Origin: Hamiltosporidium tvaerminnensis FI-OER-3-3
Taxonomy: Eukaryota; Fungi; Microsporidia
Length of the DNA: 64,000 nucleotides
Reading direction: 5' to 3'
Assembly (NCBI GenBank): GCA_022605425.2
Contig: CM061249.1
Location: forward strand, 62,001 to 126,000
The notes under the pieces were generated by a model. That model was not told the origin of the DNA. It did no database searches and saw only the letters and a program-made list of their open reading frames with translations. The position numbers were made by a program, and so were the translations under genes. How positions within the stretch are numbered: position 1 is the stretch's first letter; each line of letters starts with the position of its first letter. Positions 40,790-53,080 of the stretch are shown here, one piece after another.

Positions 40790-40997
40790 ATATTTCATAC
40801 TTTCAAAATATTATAATTCCATCAAATAATTATTCATACTTTTTTTAAATCTTCAATTTAATATATGAAATACTTTCAAAATATTATAATTCCATCAAAT
40901 AATTCCCATTTTTTTTAAATCTTCAATTTAATATTTCATAATTTCAAAAAGATAGAAAATTTAATCAAATAATTCCCATTTTTTTTAAATCTTCAAA
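40790..40997. repeat. ~70-bp imperfect tandem repeat overlapping the PRP9 stop codon
   Basis: TCAAATAATTCCCATTTTTTTTAAATCTTCAA occurs at ~40895 and 40965, with a degenerate copy at ~40822. Confidence 0.75.
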
Positions 40998-42182
40998 TGT
41001 CTTTTTGTCATAAACATTCCCTTCTTCATCTTCTACTTCTTCAATAAAAATATTTTGATCTAAAAATATGCGAGTTTTCATATTTTCTATTCCAGAAAAG
41101 GTGGTAATTCCATAAAATAAATCACAGTATTCAATATTGTGTGTTTTAAGATTTTCAAGGTGTTCCGGCTGTTTAAAATGTTTAAAGAATTCTTTTCTTC
41201 CTCGTATTTTTTTATTTTTACAAATTTCACATCTAAAAGTTATATCAAGTCCGTAATATTTCTTAAGCCACGATGGAATTTCTTCATTTTTTTCAACTGC
41301 AAATTTTTTTGTATCCGAAATTTCTTCATTAGAAATACTTTCTATTTCTATAACATTACAAAGACTTTTCGATAATTCAATTTCATCTTTAAGAATTTTT
41401 GTAAATATTTTTATTTCTTTTTCCAATTTATAAATTTCCTCATACTTAATATTCAAAAGATTACAACTTATATTTTTCATATGTCTCTTACTTTTGATAT
41501 GAAAACAAACCATTTTAGTCATTATTATTCTATTACATCCTTCACAGAATGTTCTACTATCGAAAAAATCTCTAAGTTCTATTTCTTGTTTTTTATTTTC
41601 TATACTTTCATTTTCATTTTCTTGTTTTTTATTTTCTATTTTCTTATTTTTTCTAATTTTAGCTCTTGAACAAAAACTTTTTAAATATTCATTTAATTCT
41701 TTTAAATACGAAAAATAACTAAAATTGTATTTTTCAACACAAAGGAAATCTTCTAAAAATTCCTTATATTCTGTAAATTTCATAATACTTCTATACTTTT
41801 CAAAAATACTTTTAAGATCTACACACCTACCATATCTTTCTTCTTTACTAAATATATTTTCTATTTTATTCCTAATTTTATTTTCTATTTCATTATATAT
41901 TTTTATTTTTTCTTTTTTACTTTTAAACCATTCTATATCTTCATAAAAGTCATAAACCACTGTATTTACTTCTCCAATTGTACAATATTTTATACTTTTG
42001 TATATTTTTTCTTTAATTTTTTTAAATTTCTTTTTTAATATTTTTATTAAGTAAATATTTACAATTTTATCTTTTTGTCGTAAAGTTTCTCTTTTTTCTA
42101 AATTTTTGTATTTAAATTTTATTTCAGAAGCTTTTTCTAATAATTTTAATATTTTATAAACGTTTCTTGTATTTTTTTTCAT
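40965..42182 (-). CDS. PRP9: Splicing factor 3a subunit 3 (Prp9/SF3a60)
   Basis: FSKEERYGRCVDL; IPSWLKKYYGLDITFRCEICKN...GRKEFFKHF..EH; terminal EEVEDEEGNVYDKKTFEDLKKMGII. CCC motif upstream of the ATG. Confidence 0.93.
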   Translation of the reverse strand: MKKNTRNVYKILKLLEKASEIKFKYKNLEKRETLRQKDKIVNIYLIKILKKKFKKIKEKIYKSIKYCTIGEVNTVVYDFYEDIEWFKSKKEKIKIYNEIENKIRNKIENIFSKEERYGRCVDLKSIFEKYRSIMKFTEYKEFLEDFLCVEKYNFSYFSYLKELNEYLKSFCSRAKIRKNKKIENKKQENENESIENKKQEIELRDFFDSRTFCEGCNRIIMTKMVCFHIKSKRHMKNISCNLLNIKYEEIYKLEKEIKIFTKILKDEIELSKSLCNVIEIESISNEEISDTKKFAVEKNEEIPSWLKKYYGLDITFRCEICKNKKIRGRKEFFKHFKQPEHLENLKTHNIEYCDLFYGITTFSGIENMKTRIFLDQNIFIEEVEDEEGNVYDKKTFEDLKKMGII

Positions 42183-42424
42183 TTAAATGGGTTACAAAAT
42201 TATGGGTATTTGTGTTTTATAAAGTTTGAAAATTATTTTTTAAGTTACTTGAAATAGAAATTAGATTTATTAGAATAAATAATATTTTGAACATTTAAAA
42301 TAGAAATATTAGAATAGAAAAAATAATATGAAGAGATATTAGAAAGTAATAAAATAGAGGAGAAATAAATAATAAAAATTAAAAAAATTGTTTTTAGTTT
42401 TACGCCATTAATTCAATTCTTAAT

Positions 42425-43516
42425 TTATCGATATTTATATTGATCTTTAGTTAAAGAACAGTGACTACGATAATGTTGTAACATGTTGTCTTTTCTAGAA
42501 AACGATTTACTGCATTGTGGGTTGAGACATTTAAATGGTTTGGCACCCGTATGAACTATAAAGTGTCTTTTGGCTCGACTGAGTGAAGGAAATGATTTCT
42601 GACAGTCTAATTCTGGACAAATATAATCTTTTTTATCACCGTGAATTAATACTTTAAATTTATTGTCATCAATATCAGCAAAACTATTTATGGTTTCATT
42701 ACTTGATGTTTCGGCTTCTGGTTCATCTAATGATAGTCTTTTTTTATATTTTCTTGGAGATGGTTGTTTAGGATATGAAGGTCTCGGAAGTGGAAGTTCT
42801 GGTCTTCTGGGTCGAATTGGTTCGGGGGTGTTTTGTAAGTATCTAGATGCCGTTTCTTTTCTTCTTCGTTTACTTTCTTTTATTTGTTCCATTTCGTAAT
42901 TTGCTTGGTCGAAGAGATAATCCAATAAGGTTTTTTTCGGTCGGTAATTTTCTCCTGGGTTTGGGGGTGGCTGTTGGTGGCTCATGATTCTACGTGTGCT
43001 ATACCTTCTTGTTTCTACTTCTCTTCTCTCATATGGTAGCTCTGGATAAAACTGTTCATGGCGATCGCGTCTTTCATATTTTCTAGTTATTTTTATTTTT
43101 CTTTCCAATTCAAAATCGGCGTGATTGACCAAATTATCTAATTTAGATATTCTACTTCTATCATAGGCAATATCTCTTCTGCCCGTGGAATATGAAGGCA
43201 TCTCTTGGTTTCTATATTTTTTGAATTCATAATCTGAAGTATCTGAAATAGAATAAGCTAAATTTTTAGGGGTATTTTTTAAAATGGTAGTTTGAGGTAA
43301 AAAATCTTCAGTGAATTTTTTGCTTTGAAATTCGTCAACAATACTCGCGGAATCATTAATTGGGGAATACGGGGGTTCTATATTTTCTTCAGCATTTTCA
43401 TATTCTTTTATAGTTATTTCACCAGATTCCCGATCCGATTCCTCATTTATTGTATCTTCAATGCAATTACTATCCTCAACCTCACTACTTTGTTCTGTGG
43501 TTTTTCCTGTGCCCAT
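42425..43516 (-). CDS. C2H2 zinc-finger transcription factor (two C-terminal fingers)
   Basis: CPELDCQKSFPSLSRAKRHFIVH-TGAKPFK-CLNPQCSKSFSRKDNMLQHYRSH. Confidence 0.9.
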   Translation of the reverse strand: MGTGKTTEQSSEVEDSNCIEDTINEESDRESGEITIKEYENAEENIEPPYSPINDSASIVDEFQSKKFTEDFLPQTTILKNTPKNLAYSISDTSDYEFKKYRNQEMPSYSTGRRDIAYDRSRISKLDNLVNHADFELERKIKITRKYERRDRHEQFYPELPYERREVETRRYSTRRIMSHQQPPPNPGENYRPKKTLLDYLFDQANYEMEQIKESKRRRKETASRYLQNTPEPIRPRRPELPLPRPSYPKQPSPRKYKKRLSLDEPEAETSSNETINSFADIDDNKFKVLIHGDKKDYICPELDCQKSFPSLSRAKRHFIVHTGAKPFKCLNPQCSKSFSRKDNMLQHYRSHCSLTKDQYKYR

Positions 43517-43894
43517 TATTTCTCCTTATTTACACAAAAAATATATATAAAAATGTCTTTTGATCGTAGATAAAGGAGAAACTTCTCCTGACATCTCCTA
43601 AATCGAATATCAGTTTCGAACTTTCTACAAAAAACAATCTATCTATAAATTTATCTTTAAAACATGTTTTAATGATAAATGTATTTTTTTATTACCAATA
43701 TTTCCTATTATAGGAATATTGGAATATGTCTGTAAAAAGAAATATATTTTTATTTGTGTTTTATTTTTAAATAAAATTAATTGGTCGAAAAAATATTTTT
43801 TTTCGTTTTTAAAAAGTCATTTGACTGCTTTAATTTGTTACTTTTATATTTATTTTTTTATTGAATAAAAACTATTCTTAAGAGTTTGTAAAAT

Positions 43895-44112
43895 TCTATT
43901 TGTAGATTCTATGAAAGTTTATTTGTAGATTCTATAAAAGTTTATTTGTAGATTTTATGAAAGTTTATTTATAGATTTTGTGAGTTTATTCGTAGATTTT
44001 ATGAAAGTTTATTTGTAGATTCTATGAAGTTTTATTTGTAGATTCTATCAAAGTGTAGTTTGATATTTTATGAAGGTTTATTGAAATATTTTATGAAAGT
44101 TTATTCGTAGAT
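43895..44112. repeat. ~22-bp minisatellite (GTTTATTTGTAGATTCTATGAAA), about 9-10 units, upstream of the C2H2 gene
   Basis: Repeated units are directly visible. Confidence 0.85.
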
Positions 44113-47100
44113 TAGAAAAATGATATTTTAGGTTTGATTTAATTATTTTTTATTTATAGAAGTTGTTAAAGTTTATTAAATACTTTACAACTGTTTTATA
44201 TTATTTTTATACATTTTTAAATTTTTTTAGATTTGCTAAAAATTTCTTTCTTTTTCGTAGATTTTTTTAAAGAAACTTTTAAATTTTACTAAAAGTTTTT
44301 AAATTGTATTTTTGATCTTTTTATTTTTGATTTGAAACTTTTTTTTAAGTTTTAACTTTATTTGTAGATTTGAGTAAAAACTTTTTTATTAAAATCATAT
44401 TCTTTGTTTAAAAATTATCATAAATTTTCAAATTTTAATTTAAGTTTTGATGTTCTTTAATTTTGAGGTAAAATAAGTTTTAAAATACAGATTTAGTAAA
44501 ACAAATACAAGTTTTGAAGTCAATATTTATTTAATATATAATTAAACTTCTGATTATAGTTTCTTTATTATTCTTCTTTTCATTAAATTAATAAAATTGT
44601 ACTTAATATATATATTTTTATTACAGATTAATGGTTTGTTTTATGATATTAATTTTGTATAAAAGATTTATATAATATGAAAAATAAAATATTTCATAGG
44701 AGTTATAAAATGGTATTTGTCTATTTCAAATCTTTAGTATCTTCTTCCACAAATATTTCTGATTATGTTTGATTTGGTCCTTTTGATTTTACTATTCTTA
44801 AGTCAATGACTAAATTTCTATCTTTTTATTTATTAGTATAGGTTCAATACGTTTTCTTTGTTTTCTAAATATTTTCTTCCCAGTTAGCATTAAAAATAAA
44901 CATAAATTAATTGTTAACTGCTCATAGATTCTTGTATTACCGCCTGGATACTTTGCACAAACTTTCATTAGCATTTATTTCGATTAAAGAGACATAATTG
45001 AACAAAGGAAACAAGTAGTTGCACTAATTATAATTTTATTTATAAATGGATGTCTCTATCTTACTTGTATTTAGAATTATTAAAACTATGCTTAATGGAT
45101 TTAAGTTCATAAATTGCCTGAATATTAAATAAGTGCTTATTTCAATATCAGACTAATGCATATCGTTTAACTCGTTTTCTAATCAGAAAAACTTACTTGG
45201 TTTTTAAGTTTCAAAACCTTGAATCATATAAATCAATTGTGCTACATGTGTGTTATACTCGTTTTATTATCTAAAAACATATTTCATGTCAATTTTCACC
45301 GAAAATAAGATTATTATATATTTCGATTGTTATTCTTATTTTCTTAGACTTATTCATATGAATTTATCGAATGAGTTAACATATGATTCGTTTTTATAAG
45401 ATAATTTGATGTATATTAGAAGGAGTGAGTACATATAGAGAAACAAATCTTATGAATTTAAGTAAAATTATACTAAAGAATTTCTTCCACACACAATTTC
45501 TAAATGTTTTGTACAATTATTATGTTTCTCAAGAAGTTGTCATTTTCTGTAAAATTGTATTTTTTTAGTTTATAAACCATTTGGAAATATTTATTATCAT
45601 AGATGCAGCCGTTCGTTGAAGTAATTTCCAAGCCATTTAGAAATGCCTACTATCATAGATTAATTCGTTATTTTTTTTTCAAGTGGCCTTTAATGTAATT
45701 TCTTGATCTATACTTTGTCATATAAATTTGCTAGTTGGACTTTTTACCAAATTTTTTTGCGTGAATTCTTCTCCCAAGCTTTAAAAAACTTTAATTTCTG
45801 TAATTCCTAGACGGAGAAAAATATTATGATTTTTTTACACAATGAATGTTCTTCTTTTTGCTATTCGTTTAAGACACAACTAGAAGAAACCAAAATGTCT
45901 TTACTTTATAATTCAATTCAAAGAAAGTATTTTTCTAGTCAATACAGGACACTGAAGTGCAGATTTCATTGTGTGAAAGATACATTATTTTCAACAAGAT
46001 TACACGTTTCAGATCATATTGCTCAGAGAATAAAGAAAAGATCAAAAATTGTCATATATGATATATTTTTATAATATGTTGGTTCATAAATTGAATGAAG
46101 TAGTTTTATGATACTAATATGATATAATTCTTATTTTAAGGATATACTTTCATACTTCTAGTGTTATATACATCAGATCTCTTCTAAACTTTTTGTATTA
46201 TTTAAAAAATAATTCTAAATGCTTGAGATTTCTAAAATTGATTGTTTTTTCACGCCATGAATCGTTTGAGATTAGTTCGCACTTTTACATGTATAAATAC
46301 CCGGTTGAGCACTCTTTATCTTTCTTACTAGAAAATTTGCGTTAGAATGACAACCTACATATTCAAAAGAAAAATATCACTGAAATACCTTATATCCCGG
46401 GCAAGCTTTTATTAGCTCATGACTTTCTCCAACCATAAGGAAGCAACGAGTCAATAAAAAGAATTTATAAACCTATTTTTCAAAAAAATTTCGTAGTATA
46501 ATAAATAATAGAATCCAGATTATTCTATATAACTGTAATAGTAGTCGAATCATTTACTAACAGAAACCGTTTCTGTAAAAACAGAATTTTCATCTGTATT
46601 TACTACCTTTTTACTTATTTCCCACTGAAATATGCTCAATAAAATAAATCATAATACAAGAAATAATAGGTAAAAACCATATATTTTCAACTTTTTTTTA
46701 TTATGATCACTTATGTATTTTAAGGTTCCCCTGACCTATTAATATTGAATTCTAAAGAATCTTTTTTTAAAATATGATTAAACCAATGAAGTTTGCGTGC
46801 TTAATTTTTTGAAAAATAAACTTTTAATTTCCATGCAAATATATTTACGTTTTTTTGGATTTTTTTACCAGAAATTTCAATGGTTTTAGTTGTTTTTAAC
46901 GTTGAAATTTTTTAATGTTATTAACTCTTATTCTTCTTGCCTTCATTTGTATATTTTTAATTTTTTAAAATTATCATTGTTTTCGTCGAAATTTCGTAGT
47001 AAAAATGTTTTGTAAGTATAAATAAACACCTACTAAACTATCTTTTACAATAAGATAAATTAAACAGCAGAACAACATATCAACTAAAAATGTAACATAA

Positions 47101-47420
47101 AAACATTGATTTCACAATTCAATTCTATTTTGTGATTTATTTGATTTTTCTAAATTTAAAATGCTCTAGATCTAATTATCTATAAGGTTATGGCTAATAA
47201 GCTAATATTTAAATTAATAAATTCCTCAATTAGATTAATTACCTTAAAAATAATTTTGAATCATAAGATCCGAACTCTGCTAATATTTAAATTTTCTTTT
47301 AATTTATTTAAACTTAATTTTCATAATTTTTATAGTTTATTTAAATGAAGTTTAAAATTACATATTTTCTATAAAATATTTATTATTAAACATTTTTATC
47401 GTAAAATTCTCTTTTCAGTT

Positions 47421-47530
47421 TTTATTTGATAAAATTCTAGTCAAAAACTTTTTTATGGCTTTTATAAATTTCCTTTTACCTCTTTAACCACTAATAATTC
47501 TTCTGCATCCGACTCTTCATTTATGTTTAT
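47421..47530 (-). mobile_element. Old 3'-end remnant of the R4-like element
   Basis: ACCTCTTTAACCACTA...ATCCGACTCTTCATTTATGTT and TTATTTGATAAAATTCT are the reverse complement of the element tail. Confidence 0.75.
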
Positions 47531-47601
47531 CTTCATTCTTCAAATTCTTTTTTCAAAAAATTACATAATTTTATTTTAAAAAAGATATTTATCATATAAA
47601 T

Positions 47602-48330
47602 GGTGAGAGAAAATAGCCACGTTAAAAACTTTCTGCTTGGCAATGAGTGTATGAAACTGCTGTGAGGTCATTGTTTGAATTTTCGGTGGGAATAAAACCA
47701 CACTACATCTTCGGTTGTTCCAGGGAGTTGTTATGAGGAGAAGAGGTCTAAGAAATGGAGAAACTGTTTCTACGAATTTATTTGTAGTTTTTTATGTAAC
47801 AAGATTGCAGACCGCAGCTGAAAATGTAGGTAATTGCCATGTAAAAGCATGGAAACCTACCCTTGTTCACTCAGGTTAGAATACATAGCACCTATGTGAT
47901 ATGTAAAATAATCCCCTTAAAAAGACAAGGAACACTAAGTAGCAGGTTATACCTGTTGGTATGACATTGCCCTGTCTAAGTGGACAGCATGTAAGTCTTT
48001 AAAAAGCACTTAGCTAGAAGTTTATTGGGTTCAGGAAATGTAGAGTAAATAGAAATGCTGCATAGTCTTGGGGGAGCCCAGGGTGGGCTTCGGCCTTCGA
48101 TCACACTCCATGCAACGGACATTAACGAACTCCGGGCAACTGCCTCGCCTATTAATTAGGTTCTACACACCTAATAGATGAAAGGCTTTGGGATGTAGGT
48201 TTCGCAGGGGTTACTGAGGAAGTTTTGGGGTAGCAGTTATTTATGTTAAACCTAGAACTGCGTTAATGTCATGAAAACAAATATAACACTTGCCACTATT
48301 TTAAAAAGATGTGATGCTTTTAAATAAAGT
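47602..48330 (+). mobile_element. Copy 2 of the ~725-bp structured non-coding repeat
   Basis: Colinear with and highly similar to 36608-37338. Confidence 0.85.
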
Positions 48331-49313
48331 AATTTTTTGTTTAGTATTCATTTAGATATTCCTTTATATTCTCTTGAAATTAGTATTTTTTAGTAAAAAA
48401 AAGAATTCTAAAATATATTCAATCATAGTTTTATAATTGAATTTTAGTTGTGGTATATTTTATATCTTTTTCAGAAATATATTCTGGTTAGTAATTTAGA
48501 ATATATTACGGTGCTTTGTAAGTATATATATTTCGATAAGAAATATCATATATATGTTAGTTTAAGATCTTTTCAAGTAGTTAAATTGTATATTTTTTAG
48601 TTTATTAATGCATTACTGTTGGATTTAGATTTAGAAAACTAGTGATAAAACGGTTCTTATTTTTTGCTTTTTTTTACACTTTTATTTAATTTCTAATGAT
48701 TTACAGCTTTTATTTTATTAAACTTCTAATAATTTACAGCTTTTTTTATTTTTCTTTATGTTTAATATTTTTTTTAACTAATATAAATTTTTTTTTACTT
48801 TTTTTTTATTTTAAATCAAATAAATCTTTAATTTTAATAAGATATCGAATTAAAAGACAATTAAATTTTGTTATTAGAAGTACTTATTACAATTTTATTT
48901 ATTGTCTTTCTATAAAAGTTTGTCACTTAGTTTCTTAATATTTTGTATTTGTATTCATATTATTTAAATTAAGTGTTGGATTTGTAAAATATTTTATTAT
49001 TTCTGATAATTTCATGTGGATTAAAAAAAATTCTCGACGCGAAGAGTTAAAAGAGAAATGAGTAAGTAAGTTAAAAAAATGTAAAATATTATTTGTTTTT
49101 ATATTTCATAAAAATATTTGTTTTACTAATTTTAAGAATAAAAAGATATGTATTTTTCTATTCTAAGAATAAAATTGTTACTTTTTTTTCATCTTTATTT
49201 CTTATAAAATATATTTATTTATAAATTTTATGTATTATCTCACTATAACCATTTCTTTCTCTTCTTCAAATCCGACTTTCTTATAAAATATATTTATTAC
49301 AGATTTATATATT

Positions 49314-52300
49314 CGAATAACACCAAAATAAAGGCTGCAAACGACGCTGATGAGGTGAAAAAGAGTGATAGTGAGATACAAAAATGTAAGCTACACCCAC
49401 CGGCGATTCCCCTACCTTCCTCCTCCTACACAACAATAACACCTCCACCACCAAGCCAAACATGCAGTAAAATGCAAAATAGTGGGCTTGACACCTTACC
49501 TTCGCCTAATGCACCAGTTCCCTCTTCGGTTGAAGTCTCTGCGTGCGAGCCATCGTACGACATGACAAGCCCCTGCACTCTAGCTATTCCGGAAGGTAAC
49601 AGGCTAATGGCATTGCGGACGATATTCGATTCCGTAACAGCCGACCCGAAGGAATGGCCTCGAATTGTTTTTTTTGCAGTACAGACAAGGTTTGAAAGAA
49701 TGCCAAGAAATGGCTGGACAGAGCTTCACAGGTACTATAATGAGAAATTCGGCTGCACTGAAACTCTCGAAGTGTTAAAAAAATTGGCACAAAGTGAGAT
49801 GGGAAAGGATGTAAAATCAGAAGAGAATGGAGAGCGACGTAGAATCGCCACTTGTCTCGCTGATACATGCACCTTGACCGACACCACGGAGTACATAAAC
49901 CTGAGAGATAAATTCTTGAGTAAAATCAAAGAAATCTCTGAGAACGAAATTGGAAAAGTGGTGGTCCGAACTAGAAAACATCCAAATGAATTGGTTGATA
50001 GTAAAGTTCTGGATCTCATAAATCGAGTAGTCGGTGAATATGCAGGAGCTCATGTACCTGAGTCAATTACGGAAGCCGCGTATATCATGCAAGCTGCGCA
50101 GGTATGCTATGACGAGGCAACACGTAAAGAGAAGCCTAGATCCGCTTGGAAGGAACACATAGAAAGTAAAATTTCTAAGTTAGTACTTTCCAAAGATCTC
50201 CTCGAGAAAGCTCGTAAGCAGGAAAAGCTCTCCACTTCGGAAACGAAGAGCCTTAAGAAAATCATGCGAGAGTTTAATTTAAACTTGAGCAGCGTAACTG
50301 ATCTTTCTGAGGCTTTAGTTAAGAAGAATGAGTCTTTGAATGTTTACGAGAAAAAAATTACGATGCATGAAAGTAGGAAGCAATTCCGAAAAGAGAATCG
50401 TATGTTTGAGCTTTTCCGAGGTCGATTTTATCGTGGGTTATCCGAGCGTGTGGAATCCGAGCATGTGGTTAGCCGTGATGAAATTGTGAGTTTTTGGTCT
50501 ACAATGTGGAACAAAAATGATGACACAGTCACGTACGATGATTATTTGATTCCATTTGTATCAGATAATCATCCGACCACGTTTCCTTCACTTGATGAAT
50601 TTGTGAATATCATTAATTGGCTCCCTAATTGGAAAGCTGCTGGAATTGATGGTATTTACAATTTTTTCATTAAGAAACTTACAACTCTTCACAAATATCT
50701 TTATGATATTGTGAAAGTTATATGTTTAGAAGGAACACCTCAAGCTGATTGGTTTTACTGCGGGCTTACGTATTTGATACCGAAAGGAATTCCACGAAGA
50801 GGCTCTGACTACAGGCCAATCACTTGTATGTCCAACCTCTATAAGTTAACGACAAAGTGTGTAACGAAAGTCGTTCAACTTGAAGTGGAAAGGCGAGGGT
50901 TGCTTGCAGAGAACCAACTAGGGGCGGTAAGAGGTGTGCAGGGAGCGAAAGAGCAGGCTCTACTGAATATTGCCTTAAATAAAGAGTATGGAAATAATCT
51001 TAAGGCAACATGGATTGATGTTAAAAAAGCTTATGATTCAATAGATCATGCTTATTTAACTCAATGCATTGAAAACCTTAATTTACCTGATTGGATCCTG
51101 AAATTTATTAAGGTAATTATATCAAAATGGAAAATTGATATATCAGTAGGGCCTGAAAAAATCATGAGCAAGAAGATTGATAGAGGGATTCTACAAGGAG
51201 ATAGTCTGTCACCTTTGTTATTTGTGTTGTGTATGGATCCATTAAGCCGAAAGCTTAATGAAAAATACACAAAAGTGACAGTACAAACAGATGCAGAATC
51301 CCATTCTACTAATCATCTCTTGTTTATTGATGATCTTAAGCTCCTTGCAAAAGACAGCTCCACATTGAGTGCTATGACAGGCGAGGCAAAGGAATTTTTA
51401 GAGGTGATTGGCTTAGAGATTAACAAAGAGAAGTCAGCCACAAATGATACGTGTTGTGAAGATACTGCTACTCTTCTAGAAGGTGTTAGTGTTTACAAAT
51501 ATTTAGGAATAATAGAAGATAGCAGAGGAATCCCAACACGTAGCTCATTTGAAGAAGTACAGAGCAAACTTATATCAAGAGTTGAAAGACTTTGTCACAC
51601 TAGATTAAACGCAAAAAATTTATTTTCTGCAATCAATCAACATGCGATATCGTTAATCAACTACCACATAGGAGTACTTCGACTTGAACCGGCTGACTTC
51701 TCTAAGTTAGATGATGCAGTGCGTGCGGTGTTGGTAAAAAATAAGATACATCTCCGCCCAGGATGTAAAGAGCGGTTGTATCTTCCTAGAACAGAACTTG
51801 GAAGAGGCCTACATAGTGTTGAGTTGAGAAGCGAACATATGCTTCTGCAACTCTTGGATTGTCTGGAAAAAAGTAAAGAAATATCAACTAGACGAGCAGC
51901 AATCCTCAAGGTGGAGAATAATAATAAAACCCATCTTGCACTAATAAAAGGCTTCTTAAAAGTAAAGTACAGGTTGGTAGAAGAAGTCACTAAGAAAAGT
52001 TTAGAAGAAGCTCAACTTGCAAAACTATATAACGAAATAGAAAAACGAAAACTCCATTCAAAGTTATATAATGCAAGAAAAAATGAGCTTGTGAGTGTTA
52101 GTGACTCTTCAAGGTGGCTAAAGAGAGGAAATATTAGGCCACGAAATGAAGCTGTGCTCTGCTATATCCAGGATAGAAATGTATTCTGGGGAGCAGATGG
52201 TGTGTGTCAACATTGCGGGAAGTCTGGTAAGACTGTGGATCATCTAGCAACTAGATGCGAAAAAATGCTAGGCCATGATTACACTAGACGGCATAATGAA

Positions 52301-53080
52301 GTGGTCAGATGCCTACACCTTCTTCTTCTAAATAGATATAAGTTTAAGTCTTCAAAACGAATAAGGAGCCACTCAGTTCAAGAAATTCTTGATAATGAGT
52401 ATGCAGAGATAAGAGTGGACACCAGAATTAAAACTGATGTTAAAATTCGGAATAACAGACCGGACATATTTATTTTAGATAAGAAGAAGAATAAGATAAC
52501 ACTCATTGAAGTAGGAATCACTTCCCAAGATTCACTTCAAATAGTTGAAACTGAAAAACTTAGGAAGTATGACCTGCTAGCCAATGAGTTGGGTCTTATT
52601 TATAGGTGTAGTGTTGAGATAATCCCTTATGTGATGACCTGGGACGGTATTGTGACAAAATACCATAAATCTCATCTTAAAAGACTAGAAATACCCATGA
52701 ATGTAGAGGCATACATTCAGTATATAGTACTTAAGAAAACAGTCGAAACAATTTCCTTTGATCGACGAAGAGGACTTGAGTCAGGACTAAATGCCGAAGA
52801 GAGCTGGGAGAGAGCGTCAATGGGTGTTATTATGAGATCAGAGATGCATGAGGAACCAATACCCCCTTTAAAAGAAGCGAAAAGAGAGGAAGATGGTGTT
52901 AAAATTTTAAAACCAAAAAATAATACACCCCTTATTTCACAAGGAGGAACCACTCTGGAGGAACCGACCAATAACATAAATGAAGAGTCGGATTTGGAAG
53001 AAGAAACAATAGTGGTTAAAGAGGTAGAAGAAAACATATAAAAATGTTAAAATATTTTAACCCAGAATTTTATTAAATAA
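49314..53080 (+). mobile_element. R4/Dong-like (RLE-type) non-LTR retrotransposon, near full length, 15-bp TSD
   Basis: ACAGATTTATATATT at 49299-49313 and 53081-53095. Single long ORF and a ~39-nt 3' UTR. Confidence 0.95.
49355..53041 (+). CDS. Retrotransposon protein: reverse transcriptase, CCHC knuckle and restriction-like (PD-D/ExK) endonuclease
   Basis: WKAAGIDGI, YRPITC, WIDVKKAYDSI, GILQGDSLSPLLF, HLLFIDDLKL, YKYLG, RLYLPR..GRGL, CQHC-x8-H-x4-C, RRHN, RPDI, IEVG...EKLRKY. The frame is open back to the insertion junction, so the real start is uncertain. Confidence 0.95.
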   Translation: MKKSDSEIQKCKLHPPAIPLPSSSYTTITPPPPSQTCSKMQNSGLDTLPSPNAPVPSSVEVSACEPSYDMTSPCTLAIPEGNRLMALRTIFDSVTADPKEWPRIVFFAVQTRFERMPRNGWTELHRYYNEKFGCTETLEVLKKLAQSEMGKDVKSEENGERRRIATCLADTCTLTDTTEYINLRDKFLSKIKEISENEIGKVVVRTRKHPNELVDSKVLDLINRVVGEYAGAHVPESITEAAYIMQAAQVCYDEATRKEKPRSAWKEHIESKISKLVLSKDLLEKARKQEKLSTSETKSLKKIMREFNLNLSSVTDLSEALVKKNESLNVYEKKITMHESRKQFRKENRMFELFRGRFYRGLSERVESEHVVSRDEIVSFWSTMWNKNDDTVTYDDYLIPFVSDNHPTTFPSLDEFVNIINWLPNWKAAGIDGIYNFFIKKLTTLHKYLYDIVKVICLEGTPQADWFYCGLTYLIPKGIPRRGSDYRPITCMSNLYKLTTKCVTKVVQLEVERRGLLAENQLGAVRGVQGAKEQALLNIALNKEYGNNLKATWIDVKKAYDSIDHAYLTQCIENLNLPDWILKFIKVIISKWKIDISVGPEKIMSKKIDRGILQGDSLSPLLFVLCMDPLSRKLNEKYTKVTVQTDAESHSTNHLLFIDDLKLLAKDSSTLSAMTGEAKEFLEVIGLEINKEKSATNDTCCEDTATLLEGVSVYKYLGIIEDSRGIPTRSSFEEVQSKLISRVERLCHTRLNAKNLFSAINQHAISLINYHIGVLRLEPADFSKLDDAVRAVLVKNKIHLRPGCKERLYLPRTELGRGLHSVELRSEHMLLQLLDCLEKSKEISTRRAAILKVENNNKTHLALIKGFLKVKYRLVEEVTKKSLEEAQLAKLYNEIEKRKLHSKLYNARKNELVSVSDSSRWLKRGNIRPRNEAVLCYIQDRNVFWGADGVCQHCGKSGKTVDHLATRCEKMLGHDYTRRHNEVVRCLHLLLLNRYKFKSSKRIRSHSVQEILDNEYAEIRVDTRIKTDVKIRNNRPDIFILDKKKNKITLIEVGITSQDSLQIVETEKLRKYDLLANELGLIYRCSVEIIPYVMTWDGIVTKYHKSHLKRLEIPMNVEAYIQYIVLKKTVETISFDRRRGLESGLNAEESWERASMGVIMRSEMHEEPIPPLKEAKREEDGVKILKPKNNTPLISQGGTTLEEPTNNINEESDLEEETIVVKEVEENI

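Noticed and set aside
46921-49050. TTAACTCTT ... AAGAGTTAA as possible piggyBac-type termini
   Set aside because: Only 9 bp of inverted match in AT-rich DNA and no transposase.
49346-49362. CTGATGAG..GAAA resembling a hammerhead ribozyme core at the retroelement 5' end
   Set aside because: No stem II between the motifs and no supporting stems; it lies in an open frame (ADEVK).
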